Below the pieces are notes generated by a model. The model saw nothing but the letters and a program-made list of their open reading frames with translations. It did no database searches and was not told the origin of the DNA. This document shows positions 1-13,300 of a stretch of 64,000 nucleotides of DNA, one piece after another. Made by a program: the position numbers and the translations under genes. Position 1 is the first letter of the stretch. Every line of letters starts with the position of its first letter. Origin of the DNA: Amoebophrya sp. A120 (Eukaryota > Protista > Dinoflagellata); the NCBI GenBank assembly GCA_905178155.1, contig CAJINV010000004.1:2316228-2380227 (forward strand). The letters run 5' to 3'.

Positions 1-60
1 GTTGGCCGTTGGCCGTTGGCCGTTGGCCGTTTGCGATTTGGCCGGTTGCCGTTGGCCGTT
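1..60. repeat. Tandem heptamer repeat (GTTGGCC)n, truncated by window start
   Basis: gttggcc repeated about 8 times with small variants. Confidence 0.85.
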
Positions 61-228
61 GGGCGGTGGGCGATTTCGCAAATCGCGACAGCTTTCGAAA
101 GTTTCAAAATTGCCAAAAAACTTGCGACGTGGGCGGTTTTCTTTCCCGGCGCAAAATTTTAACTGCCCCCGCTCAGCAATAGGAGTTATATGTTCAACCT
201 AGAGAAAGTAGAATCCAATTTCTATCAG

Positions 229-672
229 GTGAAGGGTGAGTACGAATCCAACAAGAAGCAGGCTATCAAGTTTATCAACAGGAAAAATGCCCCCTCCCCA
301 TATCGAAAACGAAATTTGTGATGCTGTATTTGGGTACAGAAATCGTCGACTTGTATTGCTAGAAGGCCAAGAGACGCAGCTGTGGCCTGAGTTGGAGGCA
401 ATCCGTCATGCTGTTTCCCACTTCCAGTTGCCTCCTGTCATGTTGAAGATGCAAGGCGTTCCACGCCAGCCAGCACTACAGTCCGCATCTTATGCCTTCT
501 AGCATGACAAAGACAAAGCTGATTTGTAACCACAAACCTGCATCACAGATTTCAGTTTTGATACGGGGATGGGGGATTTTGCTTCTTGATAAAGTTCATC
601 CTGGACAAGGTGTTGGACATCGACCTGACGATCCCGAGCAACATCAAAAACGCCCTCCTTATGGGCGCGTGA
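229..672 (+). CDS. V-type ATPase subunit G, 3' part (exons 229-272, 597-672)
   Basis: Canonical acceptor tatcag| at 228. Removing 273-596 gives VKGEYESNKKQAIKFILDKVLDIDLTIPSNIKNALLMGA*, which resembles the C-terminus of V1 subunit G. Confidence 0.65.
273..591. mobile_element. Introner-type TIR element, family B
   Basis: tatcaacaggaaaaatgccccctccccatatc ... gatacggggatgggggattttgcttcttgata; direct repeat aagtt/aagtt. Confidence 0.9.
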
Positions 673-1474
673 AAAGGTGGATACGTGTTTATTAACCGGT
701 GTCGCGTCGGAATTTTCAAATACCACGATCGGCGAGGACTAGGTCATCTACACGAGCTTCGACAAGGAATATAAAGTTCCGGGTCATCGCGAGTGGTTTG
801 TGTGGCAAATAAACTCCTTTGTGCGAGATGAACTGGTATTTTGATGTGACGATCGGATCTATTGTACTAGGCTTCTTCATCTACTATCTTTCTCTAGTCG
901 GATCCGTATGTTTTAGTCAGGTTCTATCCAAATTGTAAGCAAATTCTGTCCCTGCGGACAATCGATGAAAGCAGGATGGAAAAAGTAACTCCACCAGCAA
1001 GGAGAAAAAACGTGCGGCGACCGATTGTGCCGAGGCAGAAATGTTTACGATTTTTTTAGTTGCATTACTTCTGTGAAGGGAACTGGTGAAACTGTTGAGT
1101 TCTTTGAAAACTGGTACTGGACTTTTTCAACAAGAAACCCAAAAAAATACGGAACAGTGTGCTGCTGACTCTGAAAAAGACATGCTAAAGCTGTTGTAAA
1201 TGGCACTGTTCTCCCGGGGTGGACAAAGGCGGAGCAAAGTTCTTGATCTTGTGAGCTGAGCCAAGCTCTCCGTTGCAGGCTGTTCACCTTGCGTTGAGCT
1301 GATTTTTCGACCGGGAGTATTTCTTCACATTGTCGTGCGTTTTTTGCGAAAAAAAGGATCGGTATAGCTTTCTACACCAGGAGGGTGGCCAACATCGTGC
1401 TGGCCGCAGCAGTTTTCTTCTTTTTTGTTTCAGCCTATTCATGAAGGTTGATCCTAACAAAACCGATTAGAATT

Positions 1475-4400
1475 ATGGTGCCTCCGACGCTCCTCTCCGG
1501 TTCCGATGCGGTGGAGGAGATGCACTTTTCGTCACCGCCGATGGCAAGCGCAGACGAAATGGTGGTGAAACCTTCCCACAGCGACATCACCAGCAATTCA
1601 GAAGACAAAATCCGGCTCTATTACCACCAGAAGCTCTCCCCCCTCCTCGTCGCACTGACCACGTCCTGCGTCACCGAGGAGCCGAAGGATTTGGTCACGT
1701 ATGTTTTGAAGTGGCTTCGGCGGCACCCGGGGGCGGCGAACGGGCAGGATTACGTTGGGGAAGCACTGGAGAATCATGACAGGCTTTCGCGGCAGAAGCA
1801 AGCCGGGCTCAAGCAGCTGAAGGAACTGTGCAACATTATCACGCTGAGAGAGCAGCGGGTCGTGGAGGTGTTGCCCGCGGGGCAGGAGGGGGAGGGCAGC
1901 GGTAAGAACCCAGGTCGTGCAGCTGCTTCGGGAAAGGATGCCGGAGATGGCGAGAAAACTGCCAATAATTCTAGCGCCGACTCGGGAGGAAATTATACTC
2001 TAGGCCAACCTGCGCATGAGGACGGCTTCACGACCTGGCGCGACTTCTGCGCGCTGATCTCCAGGAGTCCGGTTCTCGAGAAAGTTCTGTTGGGCCCAGC
2101 CAGTGAAGGAGAAAACGGTCATCTGGGTGGTCGAAACGAAGGAGACTTTTCTACTGCAGGTTCATCTGCTAACACTAGTTTCACTACTTCCAAAACGAGC
2201 AAAGCGAAAGCGCATGGTCCTCTCCAACCCAGTGACACGAGGGAGAGCGACCGGCTGTCTGCAACAAACAACTCCTCCGGGGTAGTTCTTGGGCCAGGTG
2301 GAGAGTATTATCATCGTGGGCAACAAGACCGCGGCCCAATCCCAAACGACCAAGAAGACCGCCTCTCAAAAACGTCCAGCACAGCAAATAGCAAGCAGGA
2401 GCAATTGAGCGGAGGTGCCGCAGCTTCCTCTACTACAAGCATTGGAGGGGGAGGAAGTGATGGTGGAAAAAAGAGCACCGCTCCGACGCTACTGGAAAGA
2501 GCGGAAGTACCAATGCAACACAAGAACTCCGCCGGCCTTCTAAGCACGCTTCTGGAGTCGGAACCTTTTTTCGAGGACTTTTCCTTTGACCGATTCGGTT
2601 TTGCGTTGGAGCAGTGTTTCGAGTTTGGGGAGGTACAACTGTTTATCAAATGTAAAAGTGTCTGGGTCTGGAAGAATGCAACCTGTGATGCTGCATTTGG
2701 ATTCCAAAAAAATCTGCATTGCATGAGCACCAAAGGGGATGCAATCTTTGCTACGCTGAGAAGGCATTTGTCATGCGGAATGCGCATCAAGAAGCCCTCA
2801 AAAAATCTGTATTGCTAGGGTATGCATCACAGACATCATGGCTCATCCTGATGCAAAACGTGCATGACAAGTGTCGGAATCTTCCAGACCCAGACATTTT
2901 TACAGTTGATACTGTTCAGCGACCGCAGGGACGACGAAGATGCTGGTGCGGAGAGCAACAAGGTCTTGGTGTCTGGTGTCGACGGCGAAAAAGAAAAGGT
3001 GCAGCCCCAAAGTAGAACCAACTATTCCCTATCTCTTCCCCTGATATTTTTCCTAGAATCCGGCGAACTACAGCAGCAGGTGACTACAGCGGGTGGTTCA
3101 TCTGCAGTAGTCACTACTTCTGCCACTTCGGAAGTAGGTGCAACAGGGAAAAATAAAAGCACCCCCGGCGACGAAGGAGCGGTTTCGAGACACCAGGTTT
3201 TGCAGCAGCGCATCAGAGTAGTGGGACCCAGTTTTGTGGTTCATTGGGACAACTACATCCGGGCAGCTCAGAAATCCGGTGGTGCAGTGAACGATAGTAG
3301 CGCGACTTCAAAGAAGTTATCGGGAGCTGCTGCTGGTGTCCCCCCTGCTGGAGCAGCGGCGAGCACAGTCGAGCAGGGAGTCCTGGGCGACCGCAAGGAA
3401 ATAGAGGACCTCCTGTCCGCGACCTTCTTCTACGGTTGTGCACGACCTGCAGGAGAAAACAGTACCCCCGCTTATGATCCGCAGAACAAGAAAGCCTCTA
3501 CAGCAAAGTTTTGGAAGCTCACGTCCCTGGCCAAATTTGCGCAGGTGCTGCACTCCGCGAGGCTGTTTGAACTGGGGAGTTTTGCACAAGTGATCAGTGC
3601 AACGCCCTTGTTTTCTGCCTTGAGCCAAGACCAACACCGGAAAATCGCGGAGATCTGCACGATTGGATACAGGTTTCATTTTTCCCGAAGTTGTTATCCT
3701 AGTGCTTCCGATAAAAATCAAAATCACATGAACAAAGTGAGATCAGACATCGACAGAGAAACAGCAGCAACAGAACCAGCAACAACCTCATCGTCGTGCA
3801 GCGTGACAGCAAGCGGAGTGATTGTCTGCAACGGTGCGATGCACTTTCCCGGGGCAAGGTATCCCTTTGCTACTCGGCCCGCGAGCGGGTTGGTTGATAA
3901 AATAATCAAGCAGGAAGAAGAACAGGAGGAGACCTTGAACTACGCCGGCGCGGGGGGACGACCTGTTGCATGTGCTGCGGAAGATCAACATCATCAAGAC
4001 GGGGTCGTTCTTCCCCAATCCGTTCTCGTGGATCCGCACGTCTACGTCCTGGCAAGCGGAAGGCTGCAGATCTGGCAGGAACGGGATCAGTCCGTAGAAG
4101 ATGAGTGCGTAGGAGATCATGGATCACCTCCTTCCGGCCGAGCCGACGAGGAGTTGTACAACCAGCTGTCTGGCGAAATTGTTGGACCGGGGACCTGTTT
4201 CAACGAGATGCAAATTATTAGCCGCACGGGCGGCGGTAGAAATCATTCGGTGACTACCACGACAGCGTCATCTTCATCTGCTAGTACAGGCACGGACCGC
4301 ACGGTTGTACAACGACGAGGACCAAGTGAGGAGGGAGATCATGATGGTGCTCCTCACAACTCCGGAACAGTTGTGGTCTCGTGTGCTCCACCAGCAGCGG

Positions 4401-4910
4401 CTCCTCGTTCAGGGAATTGTGGTCGACATGAGGATCATTCTCCGCCGACGAAGATCAAAACCTCCAAGCCAATCGTGCCAGCGGTTCTACTCAAGTTTTC
4501 CACGGCGGAGTTTCTGGAACGGCTGGGCACACTGGGGACCGCCTTGACGGCGAACGATCGGGAGGTGAAGGTGGGAAAGAGAGTATCAAGTGCAAAAATG
4601 TCTGGGTCTGGAAAAGTGTAAACTTGTCATGCAGATTTTCCATGACCCACGAGGTCCGGAACGCGGGACATAGCATGACAGACTCTGCGAGGTCGCTGCC
4701 ATGCCTCTGCCATGCCTCTCCTGCATGAGAAACTCCCTTCCAACTTGGTCAAAAGTGGACAGCTTTTGGCACTCATGCAGCACAGATTTTTGCATGCTTC
4801 AGATTTACCATGACAAGTTGCCACCTTCCAGACCCAGACATATTTGCAATTGATAGAGAGAAGGAGAAAACGATCCGGATGAGGACGAGGACGGGGAGTC
4901 GGACTACTGA
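1475..4910 (+). CDS. cAMP-dependent protein kinase regulatory subunit-like protein (RIIa/Dpy-30-type N-terminal helix pair + degenerate cNMP-binding domain), about 961 aa
   Basis: IRLYYHQKLSPLLVALTTSCVTEEPKDLVTYVLKWL; PLFSALSQDQHRKIAE, YVLASGRLQI, GPGTCFNE, LLKFSTAEFLERLG. Exons 1475-2643, 2917-4583 and 4861-4910 join in frame (EVQLF|SDRR; VGKR|EGENDPDED...Y*). Confidence 0.6.
2644..2911. mobile_element. Introner-type TIR element, family A
   Basis: tatcaaatgtaaaagtgtctgggtctggaag ... cttccagacccagacatttttacagttgata; DR ctgtt/ctgtt; highly similar to 8042-8303. Confidence 0.95.
4584..4855. mobile_element. Introner-type TIR element, family A
   Basis: About 30-bp TIR; DR gagag/gagag; interior similar to 60669-60930. 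Confidence 0.95.
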
Positions 4911-5805
4911 TAGGACGCGAGTAGAGAAGTTCTTGTGGTGCTAGTACAAGCACTACTACCCATTTGTAAAAAGTAGGATCAACAACATGGCCGCCGCGTG
5001 TTGAAAAAAGTTTAGAAAAGAATATAACCTATTTGAACTACGGGAGAAGATGTGGTTGCAAAAATCGCTCTTCTGTTGTATCGAAGTGTAGGCAGAGCAA
5101 AAACTGCTGCTCAATGGTGACAAATCGCGCATGGTCCTCGAGATGAATCAAGGTTGATATGAGTAACGCCACTGTCAGTTGTAAGCCACCAGAAAAGCAA
5201 ACCAAGTACAGCAGCTCTTCAGCTTCAACCGTTGAAGCTGTGGCAGAAATGAAAGCATCTTCGGTCGTTTCCGCCGCTGGCAATGCTGCTGCGGTGAGAA
5301 TGAATTTGTTTGTTTTTGCCGAACGTTGAGGTTTTGCTTTTGCTCCTTCTCTCGTTTTTGTTTCTCGTTTTCCGCCCGGCGTTCTCGTTCCTGACATAGT
5401 TTTGGATCATCGAAGATTCTTCTCCCTTCGCCGGTTAGAAGTTCTTTCTGCAGGAAAAAACGGACTACAAGATCTAAACCAAGTTTGGTCTCAGTTCATG
5501 GCAGTTTGCCGGCGGTGTGATAAACAGATCGAATCCAGAAAACGTCAGAGAGGATAAAGATCCCCACTTTTTCAATAGATCACAGGTAAAACTCTTCGCT
5601 TTCGGTCGTGTGCAGAGTATGATTCCGTCTGTTGGACCCTCTGAGCAACAGCAATTCCAGCTCCATGTGAAGTAAACTGTTGGATTTTCGTCGCAAGCAG
5701 TACTCGCACCCGCGCGGCAGGCTGCGGGCGGTTCTTCCGGTGGGCAGTAAAAGTCAGTTGGACTGTTTCTATTTGCTGCTTTTTGTGGATTAGTCCGCTG
5801 TGAGC

Positions 5806-8800
5806 ATGGGAAACGCCCCTCGGAAAAATCCCGGCGGCGTCACCGAGCGAGGCAAATCGCCCGAGCGCGGTGGTGGCGATGTTGGGGGTGCGCAGGGAAG
5901 CACAGTACTTACATGCTTGCGTTTTACTGATCTAGGAATATTCAGTTCGGATTTGTCATGCGCCAGATGCGTTGACAAAGTGACAATTCAGATCAGTGAT
6001 CGATCTTGTTTCTCACACGTTTTTCTGTTGGCGTTCGCATCAAAATTCAAATTCAACAACATTACCAAACCATTTTTTTCACATCAGACAAGCGGAAGCG
6101 CGGCCGTTTCCTCCACCACCCCGCCCGCCGGAGCAGCAGGACCTGCGCAGCAACTTCCGCAGTCGATGCAGAGTGCGGTGTCGCACGATTTTCCGAACGA
6201 GAATATAAACGAAACGCAGCAGGCCGGCGGCCCGGGGGGAGTTGTTTCGAATGCGAAAACTAACGTGTCAGCGAATGCGCTGCGGCAGATGAACAAAGGG
6301 CAAAAAGCTGGAAATAAGGACGAAGAGACCACCGCGGCCTCAACGGCGACAAAGAGTGCGAATGTCGCAGATCCACCGAACGTGGTGCAACAGGATGGCT
6401 TGGAGCTCCAGCTCTCTGGAGGGTCCTCGGAGCAGGATCCTCTGCAAGGCGGTGCCGCCGCAACTACAGCCAGGCGTCCCAGCCACGCCAGTGACACGGT
6501 CTCCGTGGTGTTCACTTGGACGCACGGTGGGCAAAATGTCTTCCTTATCGGCAGCTTCAACAATTGGTCGGAGCGGATCCCGATGGTGCGGTCCGGGTTG
6601 GAATTTCACTGCGTCGTGGAATTGACGAGACAGGAACACCAGTACAAGTTCGTCGCTGACTATCGTACGAAAAAATGTTTCACTCTAAGGATTTTGCAAG
6701 TTTTGCATCACAAGTTTGATGTTCTACATCACAGAGAAAATTTGCCATGCGAGATTCCTAAAGGAAAGAACAAACACAGCTAAATAAAATCTAGTGTCTT
6801 GCGTGTGTACTAGCAAGACAAACACTTCTCAGATACAGTTTCTGCATTACAAGTTGAAACAGTCTTTTCTTGCGATACTGACGAGCAGTGGCGCTACTCC
6901 AGTGACTACCCGATCGTTTCCGATGATTTGGGCAACATTCACAACATTATGGACGTCACGCACTACGAGCCGTATGACCTATTCAAGATCCCGGACAACG
7001 AGAGAGTTGACAATTTGCCGTTCACACAGGTAGAAATTTTGAAAATTTGATGATTATACGTCGTCCGTGAGTAAAAGGAAAAATGTTGTGCACTTGTATT
7101 TGATCTTCCCATAGAACTAGAAGAAGAACAGAGACGCTTTATTGTTCAAACGGTTGTAAAGCTGATGTTTTTGTTTTAATAAAAACTTTTTGCGTGTTGA
7201 GGAACTACAAATGAAAAGTCCTTTATTTCTCGAAGGTGATGCCGGATTTCACCGCCTACGCGACCGAGCCACCGACCATCCCGGTCGTGCTTGCGAAGTC
7301 TGCTTTCGTGGCCGTTGACCCGCCGGTTGAAAAGATGCCGCCAAATATCCTGAGGGAAAACTTCCCCGCCCCATACACCAAATTGGGAAATCTGCAACGC
7401 AGATGCAGAAGTTTTGGGAGTTGTGCATGACAAGTTTCCATCTGCAGTGTAGTGCTGGTTAGAAAGGGAAGCCGCATAAGAAATTATCCGTTTACTCATC
7501 CTGTTTACAGCATTGCAAATGGAAAAACACGATTGGAAATGCCTCTACTCATGGAGCTGCGCATTACAAATGTTCCTGTCATTGCGCATTTGCGTTACAA
7601 CTCTGGAGGGGGAGACGTTTTTACACAGGATACCAAACATTCCGCTGCATTCCATCTCCCACCACATGTACCACGACTTCACCCGCACATTGCGCCCCCG
7701 CGTCCGGTATCAACTGCAAAAATGTCTGGGACTGGAAGAGTCGGGGCTTGTCATGCAGATTTTGCATGACCCGTGAGGTCTGTGATGCTGGTGCTAGCAT
7801 CACAGATTTTTTGAGAGCTTCGTGATGCTAATTACGCATGAGAAATACAACCCTGCTCCCCGCGTGCCAAGAACTGACCCCTCTTGCTGCTCACGCAACA
7901 CAGATACTTTTAGAATCCGCAGACAGCATTACAAGTTCCACTTTTCCAGACCCAGACATAATTGCAATCCATATCCGGCGGCGACTCCTCGACGGCAGCT
8001 TGGTCCCCGCCAACAACGAGGAGTTGCGAGTGAGGCTAAAATATCAAATGCAAAAATGTCTGGGTCTGGAAGGTTGGAGCTTGTTATGCTGCATTTGGAT
8101 TCCAGAAAAATCTGTATTGCATGAGTACCAAAGGGAATGCAATTTTTGCTACGCTGAGAAGGCATTTGCCATGCGGAATAGGCATCAAGAAGCCCTCAAA
8201 AAATCTGTATTGCTAGGGTGTGCATCACAGACGTCATGGCTCATGCAAAACGTGCATGACAAGTGTCAGAATCTTCCAGACCCAGACATTTTTACAGTTG
8301 ATATAAAAGCCGCCTACGCGCACGAGCAGGGCGAGCAGCTGTCAATCCCCGGGATCAAAAGCGAGACCGACAAGGAGATATGGGAGAAAGAGAAGTTCGC
8401 AAACCTGTTTGACGAACAGAACCGGGTGTTGTGCATATCCTGTGTAAAAACGTCCCCACGCCACATTTAAATTGGGAACTCTGCTAGACAAATCAACTAG
8501 TTCCGCTTACTGCGCATGACAAGTTCTTTGGCCTCGTAGTGCAATTCTGCATGAGAAAACTCGACTAGACAATGCTTCTCATGGGGCTCCGCATGAGAAA
8601 CATTTTCATCATGCAGATTTGCATGCCAGAGACAGCTATGGGCTGCGGACGTTTTTCCATAGTATAGTGCACCGCGGTGACGTCCAGGTATGAGTCGAAG
8701 TATCCTGTGCAAAAGTATCGTACTCGCAGTAATCGCAAGCATGCATTACAAATCTTGCTCTTAAGGTAAATCAGCATGACAAATTTTATTTCTGATGCTC

Positions 8801-9084
8801 TGAAAATTTGTCATGCATTTATACGAGTGCGATACTTTTGGTTTTGCAGTGCATACGAAGTACACGACGACCATTTTCATCACTCGCGGGAATTCCTGGG
8901 CGAAGGATTACCACAAAGACCCGAAGGTTCCGTACTGGGCCGCTTGCAATCCGCTGCTGCAAGGGATGAAGTTTCACCCAGGCGAAGTACGGGGGAAAAT
9001 AGATTCATGCACAATTGCCCCTCTTTTACTTTTCCCCTCATTAACAAGTATAATTTGGAGAGCATGAGTCGACGAAGTAAGTAA
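5806..9084 (+). CDS. 5'-AMP-activated protein kinase (SNF1) beta subunit
   Basis: N-terminal MGN (myristoylation-type). CBM48 VVFTWTHGGQNVFLIGSFNNW...HQYKFVAD|EQWRY. C-terminal association domain EPPTIP...P|NIPLHSISHH...C|TAVTSRYESK|YTTTIFIT. Six TIR introns plus a GT-AG intron at about 7030-7235. End is 9067, or 9084 if a last short GT-AG intron is spliced. Confidence 0.9.
6661..6877. mobile_element. Introner-type TIR element, family F
   Basis: tatcgtacgaaaaaatgtttca ... tgaaacagtcttttcttgcgata; DR ctgac/ctgac; splits FVAD|EQW. Confidence 0.9.
7346..7632. mobile_element. Introner-type TIR element, family D
   Basis: tatcctgagggaaaacttcccc ... ggagacgtttttacacaggata; DR ccaaa/ccaaa. Confidence 0.9.
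7708..7973. mobile_element. Introner-type TIR element, family A
   Basis: TIR; DR tccgg/tccgg. Confidence 0.92.
8042..8303. mobile_element. Introner-type TIR element, family A
   Basis: TIR; DR taaaa/taaaa. Confidence 0.95.
8436..8666. mobile_element. Introner-type TIR element, family D
   Basis: tatcctgtgtaaaaacgtcc ... ggacgtttttccatagtata; DR gtgca/gtgca. Confidence 0.9.
8701..8855. mobile_element. Introner-type TIR element, family E
   Basis: tatcctgtgcaaaagtatcgtactcg ... cgagtgcgatacttttg..gcata; DR cgaag/cgaag; near copy of 50085-50237. Confidence 0.92.
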
Positions 9085-10321
9085 TTGACAACCGACATCG
9101 ATAGGTGCCTATCAGCACAACAAATCCGCGCACAGAAAAGTTGTGCCGCCATTAGCAGCCTTTCCGAGCTTGGCACGCAGACAGTGGCAAAAGGCAAAAA
9201 GTGGATCGATCCGGAGTAATTTGCATGACAAACTGCATTATGACAAACACTGGGGTCGTGTGGAGGGAGAGTTATTTTGAACTGTGATACGAACCCGGGA
9301 AAATGCAGAAAGGCCTGGACAACGAGCTGGGGTCCTCGGAGGAATAGGGGACGAGCTCGGCTGCTGCCCTTCGGGAGTAGATAGACCATCTTCAAGGGAC
9401 CGAAAACAACAAACATGGTCCCGCCAAGATGAAGCGAGTTTTTTGCCGACTGAGCAAGTACGTATGCGTTCAGGCAGTTTAGTAGTGTTGCTCCTGCGAA
9501 AGCGATTTTATTTTATCCTCTTGTAGTATGTAAGTAAGTATCCCCAACTCTATCTCACCGCCTCTGATTGCAAACTGGAAAAGCCCTTCAGAGGTCGTCC
9601 GTGAGCAAATACGAATTGACTATTTGAAAAACTACACACGCGCCAGAGCACCGTTGTGGGTCCAGCACAAAAAACCTGTACAGGTTTGATATTCTCAATC
9701 CATCTAACTAGTCGTCGGCCCACGTCGCTCTTTGTCGTGCTTGTTCGCATCATGTAGCAGATATGTTCGTGATATATTGTTACAACGGGTGAGATGCTTT
9801 GTGGCACCAGAGGGCTTCGTTTCCCCGATGTAATGTTTAGGGCGTTACTTGAAAAAAAATTCTTGTTTCGGTGAAAATTTTTGGAATCACAGTCACCGTC
9901 TTACAGTACTAGGTGTTGTGTTGCTGATTTTTGTTGAGAGACTGGTTTCAAAGATAGCTTCTGTTACAAAGTTGGTTTCTTCGGAGAGGCGGTTATCTTC
10001 TCGTGTCTCTTTCTTCCCCACCAAAAACAAGGTTACGATTGATAGAATGCAAAGAGGTATCGCTTCAAAGCGGACCACAAGGCAGAAACAAAGCGAGATA
10101 GTACAACCGAGATTTTTCGCTGCCTACTCTGACTGACTGAGGATAAAAATTCACACACTTCTGCCTTCTTGTTGTGTTGAGTCATGAGGATGGTAAGTAC
10201 TGCCCCAACTTTTTAATTGACACTAGAACTGTTAAATATAACATCAGCAATCAACTGCGCAAAGGCGCCGTGCCAGAATTGGAAAAGGATTTTTTAAGGA
10301 GAGGAAGAACAATCAATCAAA

Positions 10322-13300
10322 ATGAGTCACCTCGCGTCCACCGCCGCCAGCAGTTCCTGGCGGGACTATTGTGCGGTCGAGGAGAAATATGAGAGTGCAC
10401 AACTCCCCCTCCCCCTCATTTGCATTGCACGAACAACAATACAAACACCAGCACGCGTGGGGCCAGTGCATGATAATTATTCATGAGGCAAAAAAGTTGG
10501 TGTGGGCAAATTTCGAGAGTGTGAGGCAAATTTCGAGAGTGTGAGGCAAAAAAGTTGGTGTAGTTGGCGAGTTGGTATAGTGGCCGGGAGATGATGGCGA
10601 TGGCATTTCGGTGTCCGCCTGACCCACCTTCCCTGCGTGACAGCCATCTGCGGCCGTTTGCACAGGGGGAGGCAAAGTGTGTCGCACTTCTGTTTAGCAT
10701 GACAATTATTCATGCGCCGAGTGTAGTACTATTCTGGCTTCCGGAGTCTGTGATGCATAATAGTGACGCAGGGGAGCAATTGGACTTGTGGATTTTGCAT
10801 GAGAAATGGGAACGAGGGGGAGTTGTGCACTGTCATAAGAAACTCGCTCTCTCGGAAACCAAAGTACGGGAATTAGAAATCGAGTTGCGGGAAAGCAAGA
10901 TGCAGCACGAGCAGGAGCAGGCGAGTTTGTATCCCAAGTATACAACGTACCGCCACGATAGTCAAGAAGGATAAGGACACTACCCTGCAAGACAAAGCAC
11001 AAGCTTTGGGAAATAATTTGCATGGTATGACTTCACAGCGTAGAAGATTTGTAAATGCCTTTGCATTTTTTACAGAAACCTTCCGGCTCGGTCGTTGCGG
11101 GTACGTTTTTAGACAGAATAGTTCGCAACGCGAGGTGAGGACACTGAGGCACACACTGGGTATACTGTATGTAATTTTCATTCATGTCAGACAGTTCTAA
11201 GTTTTTCTTGTCGTAGATGTCGGATAAGATAGGATTTTGGATGCACTGTCGGGCGGTTCTTAAGTTTTGGGTCGCGTGTAAGTACTAGCTCTACCGCGAC
11301 AGCGGTTCTGCAGCTTCGAAGGATGATGTAAGTAGACTACTCCTTATGAAGAAGTAGAAGTCCTCTCCCTACTTCATCCGCCAACACTTGTTCTAGGTTG
11401 CCGCAATTCGGAGGAAGCGTACCGCGTCACGGATATCAAAGGGAAAAATCCCCTCTCCCCATATCGAAACGAAGTTTCTGATGCTGAATTTGCGTACACA
11501 AATCAGGTCTGTCTTGCTGGAGAGGACTGCAGGCATATGCCAAGCCTGAGGCCGCGAGAGGTTTTGACGTAGGCGACTAGCATGACAGATGTCTATGCTG
11601 TAAGCCCAACAGCATCACAAACCGCCTGAATAATGCGGCGGACTCTCTGGCTTCGCCTTCTTGCAAGACAGACAGGACTTGTGGCCACGAATCTGCGTCA
11701 CAAATCGGCAGCCGGATGCGTTGTGAATATGGGGAGGCGGGATTTTTCGTCAGAATAACGGACCTCCGCGATGAGATCACGAACTTGGAGCGGCGGAACT
11801 TCGAGTTGCGCATGCAGAAGGAATATCAACTGCAAATACCTTTCTGGGTCTGGAAGAGTGCTAGTTTGTCATGCTTGTCTGGTATGACTCGAGAATCTGT
11901 GTTGCATAGGGACGAAAAGCAGGCCCTCTTACCTGTCATGCAAAACGTAGTTTGCCATGCGGAATACGAATAATAGATACGTAACACATGGCAGCCAAAA
12001 AATTTGTGATGCATAGCTGCGTTTTGCAGTGCCCGTCTATCATTCACTTTTAGTATTACAAGTTTCCAGACCCAGACATATTTGCAATTCATAAGGAGGC
12101 CCTGGAATCCGAGTGCGTGGACTACTTGGCAAGACTGGAAGTTTCGGAGGAGGAACGTGCGAAATTCGACGGCATGCACGAAGACATCGAAGCCGAATTT
12201 GTGGAATTGTGGCAGGAGAAGTGCGAGGATGTGAAGGCCTTGCAGCACGACAAAAGACGGTTGCAGGTTTTCATTTGGCATACAATTTTTTATTTTTTTG
12301 ATTCGTGTCGAATTGGAATTACAATTAGGTGTCGGAAGAAGAAGAATTGTAGATCTAGAGCCGCAGTGACAGTATACGTCGAACCCCTTGCAGCTCGGTA
12401 GGCGCTACGGTTGTTGAACGACGGAGTGCGACCTACTTGTGAAGATGCGTCAACATGTACACAATTCTTGCAGTATGAAGATGAAACAAATTTGTGATGG
12501 TGCAAAAATAAAGCATGTTTAAATTCAAAAAAAAACAGGACAAAGTGTTTGCAGCGGAGACCGCCCAGGAGAAGCAGTTGTTAGAACAGAGTCTCTATCC
12601 ACTGCAAATAATGTGTCCGTGTTTGAAAGACTGGTTCAGAAGTTTGTCATGCAGACTTTTCTTGCCCCACGAGGAGTGGGATGCAGGGCAAAGCATCACA
12701 GGTTTTTTTGTACAGGCTTCGCAAAAATGATAAATTACTTCTTTCGCATGAGATATACCGTCTCAGCATGGCCGAAAATGGGCAACATCGAGTGCTGCCC
12801 GCGCAGGACAAATTTTTGTGCGAGGTACGGGGCGCTGCAGCACAAGGTGCAACTTTCCTTGAGACCCAGACTGGTATAATTTGCAATGGATAGCTTCGAA
12901 GCGTCCGAGGACCTCGCGAAACTTCGGGAGCAGTACTCGCTGAAATTCGACTATTTGGAGAAGCAGCTGGTAGAAGTCACGGAGGCGAAACAGGAGCTCG
13001 AACTCTCCTTGGTCGACGCGAATATGCATCGCAAAAGTATCGCTCGCTGCAGTAATTGCATAATACTAATTTGCTCAGCAAATTGAATGGCAAATGGAGT
13101 TTTTCATGCTGATTCAGTTAAGGAAAGTGATGATTCGGTCGTGCAGTGTTTGCAACTAGTACTACGAGTTCGAAGATACTTGTTTTGCAGAGGATAGGGA
13201 ATATCAAAATGAAAAATCCGCCCTTCCCATATTCAAACGGAGATTTGTGTAGCGTGATTTGTGATCACATCAAATCATGGCGTCATGCTAGAAGGGAAGT

